Shown one piece after another: positions 49,041 to 59,935 of a stretch of 64,000 bases of DNA; position 1 is the stretch's first letter; each line of letters opens with the position of its first letter. The stretch spans positions 39,496,001 to 39,560,000 of the forward strand of contig CM119371.1 in NCBI GenBank assembly GCA_051294905.1, in the 5' to 3' direction. Below the pieces are notes generated by a model. That model had not been told where the DNA came from. It ran no database searches and saw nothing but the letters and a program-made list of their open reading frames with translations. This stretch comes from Botryllus schlosseri (taxonomy: Eukaryota). Position numbers and translations under genes: made by a program.

Positions 49041-50954
49041 TTCATAATCATTCCAGCACAGGGTGAGATAGTCGTAGACTCATTAATACTAGCACAGAGC
49101 GAGATATGTATACACAATATTTACTCCCTTTTCCACGCATGCATACATAATATTTACTCCCTTTTCCACGCAGAGCATTGCATATGCATAAATGTGATCA
49201 TTTTTAGACCAAGGATTGTCACAGTAGCCATGATAGATGATCATCTTGGATGAAGGTGCAGGGCGCTGTCATTCTAAGGTACTTTCATTTTTCTCAACAT
49301 ATATAAGTAAAACTGTAATCCCCATATATTAGTAAAACTGTAATCCCCACGCCCTATGTTCCACCCAGTTCAACGTTGTCTTATGGCTTGCTCCTATTCT
49401 AACCCTTGTCCAGTCCACTGATTTACAACCCCACCATATGCTGCCGTAGATATTTATTTTTCAGATGCAGTTGGAAACGGTCAATATTTACAAGCCGCGA
49501 CACCACGGACCATGCAACGATGGATGATGAAATCGAATGAATATCTTCAAACTGTCACTGACATGAAACCCATTTGCTAGATGTGAAAGGGTCATGGCGA
49601 CCCGGAGATCTTTCATTTTAACCGGGTTTACACTTTGGTCTCCACGGTGTCTTCATGCACCAAGCAGTCACTTCCAGTTGTGCCCCGGATAGTTTTTGCA
49701 TAACTGGCTAACATCTAGCAAATGGTCGATGATGGTCAATACACAATACCACAAATAACTGTTGAAATGTGTTCATTTCTTTAAAGGATTGCATGAAATG
49801 AGATAGCAGTTAACAATGCCTTATGACTACATAGCCGGAATATAGTAATATTGTGCCCTCCATTTCATATGGTAGAGGGTTAGCTGATATACGCATCGTC
49901 ATTGAACCGTCATACTTGTAATGACCTGCGATGTAAAATGTTAGCACCAGAGAGAGAGAGAGAGTCAGCGGTGCAGGCAGAATGTGTAACCTGAAAAATA
50001 ATGCATAGCGTATTAGAAAGCATAAATGCCGCTGGTGCTAATCTTGGGTCATATTCATAGAAACTAGATGGGAAGTAATTAAAAGGCGAGTTACATGCTA
50101 ATAACTATGAAATTGCAAACAAAACAATTCATCATTCTTTACTCAAGATTGGTTTTCCCTTCAAATCACCACGAGTACCCTGGCTTCCTTTATTCGATTC
50201 TCTTCCTTTTCTAAGTTTACTAACTAGCTTTTTCGTGAAGGAGTGACCCAACACTCTGAGAAATAAGCCAATGATATAATCTATAACTAGTTTGGAATGG
50301 ACATCAGAACATGTCGCTCTGTTGATGCTGCTTCTGAAGTTGAAGACGTACGAACTTTCGATGACTCTGTCCTGCAAAATTGAAAAGTTCTTTAACTTTG
50401 GGGATTTGCTGCATTCCCTTGTAAACTCCCTGTAGACTCTCCTAAGAAGAAAGAGCAGCTCTGAGCTTGGATAAATAAGTGCCCCGGCCTTCCGCTCCAT
50501 TTGGGGGATCAACTTTCCAAAGGGCTTACCAGTGTTATTTGTAATATATTCAAGCAAAGATTGGTCCAACTGGTCATTGAATTTTCGAATTGCCTTTCTC
50601 AAAGTAAAACCAGCCATGTATTCCAAAATATCACTCTCCCTTTCAGAAATACTGGCAGACACTAATGACTCAGGCTGCGGTGCCTTTATTCCATTATCAA
50701 TAATTCTTTCCATGAGCTCAAGTAAAAATTTGGCAGAGAGAAGCCTGTCCTTTTGATTGTGTGAATGCCGCAAACCTTACTGTTACTCATCACAAGATCA
50801 TCAGGATTTCCGTTGGAGTTCATACTGATAATCCAACCCGTAGCTAGTTCAATACCTTTTTCAGAGAGTACTGGCGGGTCCTTGAAATCCAATGAGCGCA
50901 GCAGCGGTGCAAGATCAACAGGTTGCTGTATGATATTTGGAACATACATGGTGT

Positions 50955-53837
50955 CAGAGATGCCACTGAGATATTTTGGAAAAACCCAGATCTGAGCACT
51001 AAAAAAACCCAGAAAAACCCAGATCTTGTATTTCGCTTAAATTACCATAATTCGCCTGTAATGAATTAAAAGAAAGGTGCGTTAGTCCTTTGGCGTCAAT
51101 ACAATACGTCCAAACCTAATATTAGACAAAGATTTGACGAGGACAATGCAATTCAACAGTCATTCATGAAAGGTACAAAATTGCATACAATACATTTAGT
51201 TCAATTTGGAGAAGGCTTAAATGGCACAACTAATTATGCGACATGATCCAATTGCCTTCACTCAGAATCTTCGCCACTATCAACTCTCTGTCGTTTCAAT
51301 CTTTCTTGATAACGGTGTCTACAAGCACCAGATGCAACATCCTTTACCAAATCTGGTTTAGGTGTCCAGTCGAAGCAGTTCTTCTGATGTCTCGATAAAG
51401 TCTGTTTCGCCAACAGTCTGTTCCTTACAGTATCGGTTTGAAGCCTGTTGGTTTTCTTTGTTTTCATATGATTTATGACAGAAAAGATTCTCTCCACGCA
51501 AGCCGATGAGTGCGGCAAAACTGTTAAGTGAGTCATGAACTCTGAGAGCAATTTGAATTTCGGAATACCACAGCCATCTGTAATCCTGCGAACAGAATAC
51601 CAAAAATCTGGAATAGATTTATGCGAGAATGGTATGTTCTCAAATCTACGGAACAGTCTCCATTCGTCATCTAATTTGTCCAACTCATCTTCTGTCACAA
51701 GATGTGGAAATTTTTGCGCAACGTCGATGATTGAAGATGGAGACTTTGCCGTGTCTGTGGCAATTTCAGGATCAAGAATATGCAATTTCGCAATGATTCC
51801 ATCTTTATGCAGAGGAAATCTGTTTTTAATTTGGTCACAAAGCTCAATCATGAAAGCCTGGCAGTCCCTTCTGAACATGAGGTCACCACAAGAAGGACTT
51901 ATAGGTACCGAACACAGCATTGACATACATCGGCCACCAAGATATAGGTCCTTCAGCGGCTTATGCAGAAGCTGATTATTTGGGTCAATATCTGCGATAT
52001 TGAATGAAGTCAGTACTTGGTCTTTGATGAAGCAGCTTAATATATCTCTATACTGAGAAATTATCATTGAATGGAGAACATGCAATCTGAAACTCTCCGA
52101 TTGAAATTCAGTATTCAGTCCATCAACCTTGTCCAAAATATAATTCAAAAAAAGAAGCATGTGCTTGGTGCCGTTGTTTTTCATTGTCTGATAGATCGCA
52201 TTACTCCCTTCGACTTTGTCAGACAAAGATTCCTTTTGGAAGTAGAGGATTAATGCATCCCATTGTTCAAGTATTGACTTGATTAAATTGCCACGCGAAA
52301 GCCAACGCGTTTGAGCCAATTTAGGAATTCGGTGCTGCTCTGTCTTCGATATCTCTTGCATTTCCGTGGATTCATGCAATCGCTTGCTGCTTCGTGAGAA
52401 GTAAGAGGATATTTCTTTCATGAAGATTTCAAGGTATGATGGCAATACCTTTACTGCATGACTAGCACATAATGCAAATGAATGGCAAACACATCCCATA
52501 GTAAATACTGACGGAATTTCGTTCTTCAGCAAAGCTAGGAAGCCACTTTTTCGCCCCATCATTGTGGAACAATTATCACTACCAAACCCAACAATATTGC
52601 AGATGGGTATCCCCTTTTCATCCAAAGTCCGTTTAACTGCCTCGTATAATCCTGCTGAAGTTCCTGAATCAACGTCTACCGTATCTAGTAGCCTATCCGT
52701 AACATCTGATTTCACAGTGTCGAAGTATCGCACGACAATGGCTAACACTTGGGACACTGATATATCTGTGCTTTCGTCAATGATCAATGAAAACTTCGAG
52801 TTTTTACAGATATCACTCATCTCCAGTTTTTCATGAAAAGCAATTCCTTCCTGAAGAATGTATGAAGCCTTTGTTTTGCTCATACATATCGACTTGGATA
52901 TCTTACTATCACTGAAGGCATTTTTACAGACTTTCACCAAGTGATCGCACTGAGAAAATGGCACGTGGTGCTCTGCAATAAAAGCAGTAATCAGAAGTTC
53001 CGCTTTTGCCGTTTCCTCAGCCTCACTCGGTTTCCTCTTTTCCATGAATATATCAATGCTCGGTGCTAATTTGGTTACTTTCATACTCTGCATATGCTTG
53101 GCAGTTTTGCTATGTGCCAGTAGCATCGATTTATTGGCATTTCTTATTTTGATTCCACAGCAAACACAAAAACTGCATCCCTTCTCTTTCTCATCCTCCT
53201 TTAGCCACCCTTTCAGTTTCTCGTCGCTTAACCAACTCTTTTTGAAAGTCTGTGCATACCACTTTTTAACTTTTTTAGGACTTGGCATAACTGACTTGAG
53301 ACTATAATAACGAATCCGGAGCCCAAGTAATTCTTTAAATAGTTTCTATATGAAGAAATACCAGACAGTAAATAGGCCTACATGTAATTGGTCCGCCACG
53401 CCACAGATCTGTGTCAGCGAGCGACTACATGCATGTAGGTAGGTGTCAATAAAAGAATTAAAGCTACCTTTGAGACTGGAATCAGACTGGTCTATACCGG
53501 TAATACGTAGTAGTAACTAGTAACTCTACTACTGTAGCGCTGTTATTGCTATGACTACGATTGACACTCTCTCGACTCGGTAGTCAACAGTCAACACGCG
53601 TCGGAACCGCCAGTTGTATACGTAACAATGCAAATTGGATGATATATCTGTCAGCAATAGCGCATAGAAGTGTCTGCATTTCTGGATAATGTTACTTTGT
53701 CACTTACGTAAGTATAATTTCGAAACTCAAGACTCGAAATTGAAAAAAACCCAGATTTTCAGGTAAAAAACCCAGAAACCCAGGTGATGCTCGAAAAACC
53801 CAGATCTGGGTGGAAAAACCCAGGAGTGGCATCTCTG
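50955..53837 (-). mobile_element. Potentially autonomous hAT transposon
   Basis: TIR CAGAGATGCCACT / AGTGGCATCTCTG; perfect 8-bp TSD CATGGTGT; AAAACCCAG subterminal repeats at both ends. Confidence 0.97.
51258..53288 (-). CDS. hAT transposase (ZNF862-like), 676 aa, intact
   Basis: N-terminal zinc finger CVCC...HSKTAKH; IIDESTD, GSDN, CVCH, TRWLS, SSACVERIFS motifs. Confidence 0.95.
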   Translation of the reverse strand: MPSPKKVKKWYAQTFKKSWLSDEKLKGWLKEDEKEKGCSFCVCCGIKIRNANKSMLLAHSKTAKHMQSMKVTKLAPSIDIFMEKRKPSEAEETAKAELLITAFIAEHHVPFSQCDHLVKVCKNAFSDSKISKSICMSKTKASYILQEGIAFHEKLEMSDICKNSKFSLIIDESTDISVSQVLAIVVRYFDTVKSDVTDRLLDTVDVDSGTSAGLYEAVKRTLDEKGIPICNIVGFGSDNCSTMMGRKSGFLALLKNEIPSVFTMGCVCHSFALCASHAVKVLPSYLEIFMKEISSYFSRSSKRLHESTEMQEISKTEQHRIPKLAQTRWLSRGNLIKSILEQWDALILYFQKESLSDKVEGSNAIYQTMKNNGTKHMLLFLNYILDKVDGLNTEFQSESFRLHVLHSMIISQYRDILSCFIKDQVLTSFNIADIDPNNQLLHKPLKDLYLGGRCMSMLCSVPISPSCGDLMFRRDCQAFMIELCDQIKNRFPLHKDGIIAKLHILDPEIATDTAKSPSSIIDVAQKFPHLVTEDELDKLDDEWRLFRRFENIPFSHKSIPDFWYSVRRITDGCGIPKFKLLSEFMTHLTVLPHSSACVERIFSVINHMKTKKTNRLQTDTVRNRLLAKQTLSRHQKNCFDWTPKPDLVKDVASGACRHRYQERLKRQRVDSGEDSE

Positions 53838-54758
53838 CATGGTGTCCTTCCTTTTGTCAAAGTCGTTGAAGAGCAGTTCATGGACAATTTCCGGAGGAAT
53901 ATCGTACCACTCCTCAACAACATCACTGACTTTCGAAGCCATAATTTCAATAGATATACTGTATAAATGAGTATACATTAAAATATTAATAATAATAATA
54001 AGACAGATCCCATGACAGTACTGAATTACTATTTTTCCGACTAGTATTACAACTATAGGGAAGGCACAACTGTTTGCAGGCATTTCCAATATTCGATAGT
54101 TGTAATTAATCACTAATACATATCTGCAAAACACCTACTATAAGGTCAAATGCCCCAAAAGATCACTAACAGAAAACAGACACTTTCTCAATGCTAAGGT
54201 TTTGTGACTGGCGCAAATTTGCTCAACTCGTGAGGTCACTGTTACCCGACCGGAAATGATTGACAGGCCACGCAGTTACCGTTCTATCCCATTCAGTTTT
54301 CCATGATTAAAGTCACCGAACGTAAACCTCTAAATTTCATAGGTTCACATATAGAAAGCGAACGTGAACCTCATGTTCACATCATCCCTAGAAACTTTCC
54401 AGGCTTCAACAATGTCAACAGTTCTATTTATAATTCGATACTAGATTTTGACTAATACCGAACCTTTCACTAACCGGAAGATGTCCCTGAATGATGAATT
54501 GATTTGATCTAGCCTATCGCCAGTTCTGCTACTACCAGTGTGGCCAACTCTGGATGGACAAAAATCACTAAAACTGGTGTCGAAAATCGCTAGACGTCGC
54601 CAAATCTCGAAACAAAATCGCTAGAAAAAGTCGCTAAATCTGAATTAATTCCTAAAGTTATTGTAATACCCACCCGTACATCCGCATTGCAGATTTCGCG
54701 TCATTTATGGCATTTTTAGTTGTGCCTGTACATTAGCTTGGCTGTCAAAGCTATAAAG

Positions 54759-56201
54759 CAGGGGTTCTCAACTTCCCTTGTATAACGGGCCGCATTTCAA
54801 CAGCAAAAGACGTTGCGGGCCGCACAATATTATTTCCATGTATTTGTGGGCTACTAGTAAATCTAGGCTACTGTAGCCTATTTACCAGTCGCATACGGTC
54901 GTATAGTACATTTTCATTCATTCTAAAGAAGTGTTCGTAAGTTTTCAGTTGTTGTATTCTGTGAGATTATCTTCCAGCGGAGCAAGTATAACCCGTCATT
55001 GAGCGTGTATTGCATCAGTTGCCAAGTTGGTATATCCACCTTCAAAACCTTCCACCAGAGAACCGAACTCTCTGTTCCAATACGTTAGCGAGCAAGTATA
55101 TAATTACGATAAATTTTTCGATACAAAGGCCATTATCACTTTGAGCTCTCAGTGAAATGAAAAGAAGTCTGGCGTTCTGGTCATTTCTGAACAAATCATT
55201 CAACTCTACTCCTCTCCTTCCATGGCCGGAGCCCTGCACCAATAGTCGTACAGATAGGAGTCAGCTATGTTAAGTTGATGTTTTTCGCTCGGCCCTCCCA
55301 GCGTTTGCCATGCCAGCATTTCCACTCTGATAAAAATCACACTCAGGTAATTATAGCTTTCCAGTGTCTGTGGAGTCAGTGGATTCGTCCGATGCTAGAT
55401 TCAAGTTGTTTACGCGGCAACGTATTTCGAAACATGCGATGAAAGATCAACTGACATTGCTGTTACTGTTTAGTTACGGTTCAATCAGATAACTGTAGCT
55501 TCAACATTTGTCAGGTGATGTTGTCATTGCTGTTAAATTCTGGAATTTTATTGAAAGACACCTTACCTGGCAAATTACATGGATTTAGCGATATTCCAAG
55601 CAATTTTGAACCATGCGTCTGTATCATTGTCGACAATTTTAACAATGCCTTGGAATATGGATTGGTGGGCTCGACACCTAGCTCGCAATGTTATTTCTAA
55701 CATCAGGCGATACGTATAACTTCAGAAGAAAGTGTCGAGGTATAATTTTAACGTTCTACACTTCGTTACGACAACTGATCTTCGACAAATATGTCAAATC
55801 GAGTTTTCCATTTATATCTGAGAAAGCAAATTAACTGTTCCACGCAGTCTTACAAACCCAGTTCCCGTTGTTTAATTTCCCCTCTCTTGTTCTTGTATCT
55901 GTTCAAACCGTTCGCGGTGAATGAAACACTCTTTAAAAATGTACCACACAACGGAATTGTCTTGAACCATAGTCCAGCCGAATACCGATTCAAAACAATA
56001 ACAATCTACACTCGAGCATATATCAAGAAACCAGAATACATCAAAGAATCAGTAATCAAACGATACAGAGACAGTGCGATAAGAAAGCTAAGTAGCTAAA
56101 TTAATATGTAACAATATCGTGCCAGTTGAAATTGCGTTTATAATGAAAGATGTCGCGGGTCGCAAAATAACCGTTTGCGGGCCGCGGGTTGAGATCGCCT
56201 G
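54759..56201 (-). mobile_element. Decayed hAT Charlie/SPIN-like element with transposase remnants
   Basis: Ends CAGGGGTTCTCAAC / GTTGAGATCGCCTG; GCGGGCCGC subterminal motifs; TSD CTATAAAG; minus-strand fragments LASDESTDSTDTGKL and APAMEG. Confidence 0.85.
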
Positions 56202-58378
56202 CTATAAAGTATGATGAATTACCAAAGAGGAGGAAATTTAGGTGTTCTCGGAAGACATTTTCGATTTCCTAAAAAAGAGGACAAATCCTCCTATAGGAGG
56301 ACATATGCGATAACCCTATCATATTTCGAGTTCATGATACGCAAGATTCATGTCGGATTGTCAGTCATCTCAAAACGGGACGAACTATGCGGTAGGGATA
56401 TCTGGACATTCCTGATTTCAACAAACCAGATCTCTCTGCGTGACAAACCAGATCTGCGTGACAAACCAGATCTCTCTGCCGCTGACCGTCATCCTGGATA
56501 GGGTATACAAACTTGTGCCTTTCTCGATGCGTCCGTGAATACGCAATGCGATGTACAGATAATTGCGGAAAGGTGCTTGCCTTCGCTTAACTGGGTGGGA
56601 GTACTTGAACACGACAAGACTCGCACCGGGCTTACCGGCCACTATAAGTAGCAGTGTGTGCTCTTTAGAAAATATTGGGAGGTCCAACCCGCTAAGTAGG
56701 CCTATATACCACTACTTATAGCGGCTGACCATCCAATTATATTTCTATTTCCCTGTCCATCCATCTGATCAATGGTTCACCATATTTTCGAAATCTGAAA
56801 AGAGGACACTTTTTCGGAACTTTCAGACTTGCAAAACCGGAGGAAAATCCTGAAGCAAGGTCAATTTTTCCCAACTTTCTCGCTCAACGCCCAAAATAAA
56901 GTTTTACAGTTTTTTTTTCCTTCACATGATCAGGTGGTTGACTTTTTTTAGTCAACTTCCCGGCTCTGCTCCCGAAATACCCGCCGAAGCGTAAATTCGG
57001 GCTGATTTACGGCATCTCCGTCGATCTTGGTCATACGTTTGACCAACAATCTCAAAAAAGAAGACAAAACGGCGGCCTCCGTATGATATTTGTCCGCATA
57101 AGTAGCGTGTTAATTCTGAATGAAGCTTGGCTCGACGATGAAAGTTATAGTTAAAAGTCTATTTAAGAGTATTTTTCTGTTATCCGGCAGCACGCATAGA
57201 AACTTGTGATTTCATTTTTTGGTTATTTGGGTATTAGAATATTTGTTACATCTTGTGTTAGTATCAAAAGTACGCGACGTAATCGTTTATTTTTTTATTT
57301 AACTGACGTGAATCAGATATAAAACTATGTATTCGAGCAATTTGGGGAGGGCGATTTAAACCCGATCCCCGTTCGATCTCGATATTGTTACAAATAGTGT
57401 TATAGGACTTTTACAGCTCGCGTAGGTGTCAAGAGTCCGATGCACTATAGTTTTCTCGGTTATCTTGTAACTCGCGGTTTCCGTTTAGGAAGGCAAGGAT
57501 TCCTACATATTCGTCCGGCGTAGGCGCACAGAATTAATTCACATATCGGACCTTGTAGCCTTTAGCAAATTTCATTGGGCGAGCATGATTGTGATTCGTA
57601 TTGGGGTCAATTGGCCAGGATTTGTCCGACTGTTTTTTCCGGAAAACAGGGTCTAAGACCGTTGGGATGAGCCAGTCTAGTGGTGTGCAACGAGCGAGTT
57701 CAGGCTTACAAGTCTCATTGATTTCGAGGCCAACCCCTTCTGCGTCGGGGCACATGAAGACGTAAACTATTGCCGAACAAACCGCCAATAAAATGAGGTG
57801 CCAAAATTCTAAAAGGCAACAAAACCTCGGTCTAAAAATGACCGATGCTGATAGTAGTAATTGATAGAGTATCGCCATGCGGACCAACGGGCTTGGAGTA
57901 TTTAATCACGTGACATCTCTTAGCCAATCAGAACGCAGAACATTGTGGGCGTGTTTCCAATACGAGAGAGGTTTTGGTTGTGTGAGAGATAGCATAGTTT
58001 CGGTTCAGTAACGCTAAGATATTATTACATCAATATTGCGTAAGTTGATTACCTTCATTATGATTGCGTATTGCAGTTGAAGCATGTCCAGTAATGATTA
58101 CGTCATTATGATTACGTAGTTGATTAATTTAGTTATTACGAGAGCGGCTTTGCTTAGTTCCAGTCCAGTAACGCTGAGATATGATCACGTCATTATTGCG
58201 TAAGTTGATCGCCTTATTTGTTATTGCAGTTGAACCAAGGCAATATATATAACGTGTAATATTTATTACATGATTATTCGCTGTACGCTATAGATTGAAT
58301 ATGTCCAAGATTACTGCTAATGATATATACGTCATAATGGATCGATTTGACCCGATGAGCTGGTATAGGTTTGCACGT

Positions 58379-58441
58379 CCCACGTGAACAATTGCTCATT
58401 GGAACTTAAGCCCAACGCCTCAACCACTCGGCCAACCCAGC
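58379..58441 (-). pseudogene. tRNA-Leu(TAA) 5' fragment
   Basis: GCTGGGTTGGCCGAGTGGTTGAGGCG TTGGG-CTTAAGT-TCCAA TGAGCAATTGTTCA CGTGGG: D arm/A box, TAA anticodon arm and long variable arm present; T loop and 3' acceptor strand missing. Confidence 0.75.
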
Positions 58442-59659
58442 AGTCATTTACGGCATTTAGCCTCAGCTATGCAACTAGTATTTATAGATAGCAGTGATAT
58501 CCACCGAGTCATTTGCGTTTTTGATATTATAGAGTATACGATTGAATCGCTACGAGTAACGCACTGTTATCTAACTCATTGGGGAATAGATTTTTCAATG
58601 GAGTATTTAGAGCTAGCAATGCTGTATGGGATCCGCTAAGTTCGAACAGCTGCGTTTTGTTATTGTTGAGTATCGCACAGTTGTCATTAGGGAATACATT
58701 TTCAACGGTTTAGATACGCTTAGTAGATAAACTGCGATTATGGCTTGATTAAGCCAGCCTCTTTCTGGATGTTTCGTGATGTGAAAAAATGGCTCTGAGA
58801 TCATGGCTGAAAAGTACCCACTATCATTTGCCGGAAAAAACTGTTGTCGTAAAATTTGGAGATAAACTTTACGATCCGTCAGTATAAGCGTTGAATAGTC
58901 ATGGTCTCTTAGCGAAAAGAGTGGTTATGCACACCCCAAAAGGTGGTACACGAAAACAGAACTTACGTAACCCTGCCGTTGTATATGACCAGATTCACCC
59001 CCTTCCTTGCGGTGTACATCGGATATTTCACCCTACCCATTAGAATTGATAGGGGTTCAATTTCAATATATACACCCTACTTGATATCCTGTATCTTCTT
59101 CCAAATGGCAAACTATTGCAAATAAACAGTCTTGATTGCATATATTCGATATCAATTGAACCATAATAACATAAAATGGAAACATATTTCGTGAAATAAC
59201 AAAAACAGAGATCCCAGCGACGGAGAAAAAAAATTCACTGAAAATACTGCTCGAAGAACGTCGCCCATGTAATATCGGGAAGTCGCCTCCTCCAGGTTTT
59301 CGCAAAACACTCTTGTACGGCGAAGGTTGAGTCACTATCTTCAGCAAGAACGTGTGGCATCATCCTGAAATCAAAATGCATATTCACAACCCAATTAACA
59401 GGCACATATGTTAACATGCATAACTTAAAGAAAGACTACATAAATAGAAGCCGTTACGAAGTATATATATTTTCACAAAGTACTTACAAAAAAATCAGAT
59501 GTTTCACTTGCTAAGGCATTGCAGCACAGACTGTGGCCGATATGGTGAACTTACCGCTATAGGAAACATATTCACACACGATCACTGTACGTGTGGGCAA
59601 TTAGGCATCGACAAGATGGAAATTTATGGATAGTTTTCATGAAAACCGCCTGTAACAGG

Positions 59660-59927
59660 CAGACTTGGACAACTAGAAAACGTTCCCTTTTTCCAAATTA
59701 GATTGGAATTAGATTACAACTACAAGTTTTTTTTTCGAATTAGAGTAGAATTAAAATTATAGCTACACAGTTTGAAATTAGATTAAAATTATAATTCTAG
59801 CTAACAGTTTTTTTTTTCAAATTAGATTAGAATGAGAATTACTGAAAATGAGAAAAGTTGAATCAAACTCCGTTAATATCAAATCATAGTTCATCTTATG
59901 AGCATGAGAATAGCAAATGTCTGTACA
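59660..59927. mobile_element. Left part of CAGACTTGGACAACTAG MITE, interrupted by the hAT
   Basis: TIR at 59660; satellite units; reverse-complement match to 12430-12656. Confidence 0.7.
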
Positions 59928-59935
59928 CTGTACAG

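Larger units (their letters stand above)
50132..53942 (-). pseudogene. Second, convergent ORF of the P element (~305 aa reconstructed: 53942-53838 plus 50946-50132), P/THAP9 C-terminal-domain-like
   Basis: MASKVSDVVEEW...KRKDTM joins in frame to YVPNIIQQP... once the hAT and one TSD copy are removed; one frameshift near 50775; motifs ILEYMAGFTLRK and GALIYPS. Confidence 0.7.
47413..54305. mobile_element. P-superfamily (Galileo-like) transposon with ~300-bp TIRs
   Basis: 47413-47712 and 54004-54305 are near-perfect inverted repeats starting CAT(A/G)G; 7-bp TSD ATTAAAG is recovered after removing the Harbinger; encodes a P/THAP9-like transposase. Confidence 0.92.

Noticed and set aside
54536..54650. 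CAGTGTGGCCAAC left end of another hAT MITE
   Set aside because: Matching right end and TSD not found, so boundaries cannot be given.
56420..56480. Triple ACAAACCAGATCT repeat
   Set aside because: Simple local slippage duplication with no further structure.
59063..59650. Possible upstream exons of the NLR-like gene
   Set aside because: Splice-like sites exist on the minus strand, but no consistent open frame or NACHT motif could be assembled.
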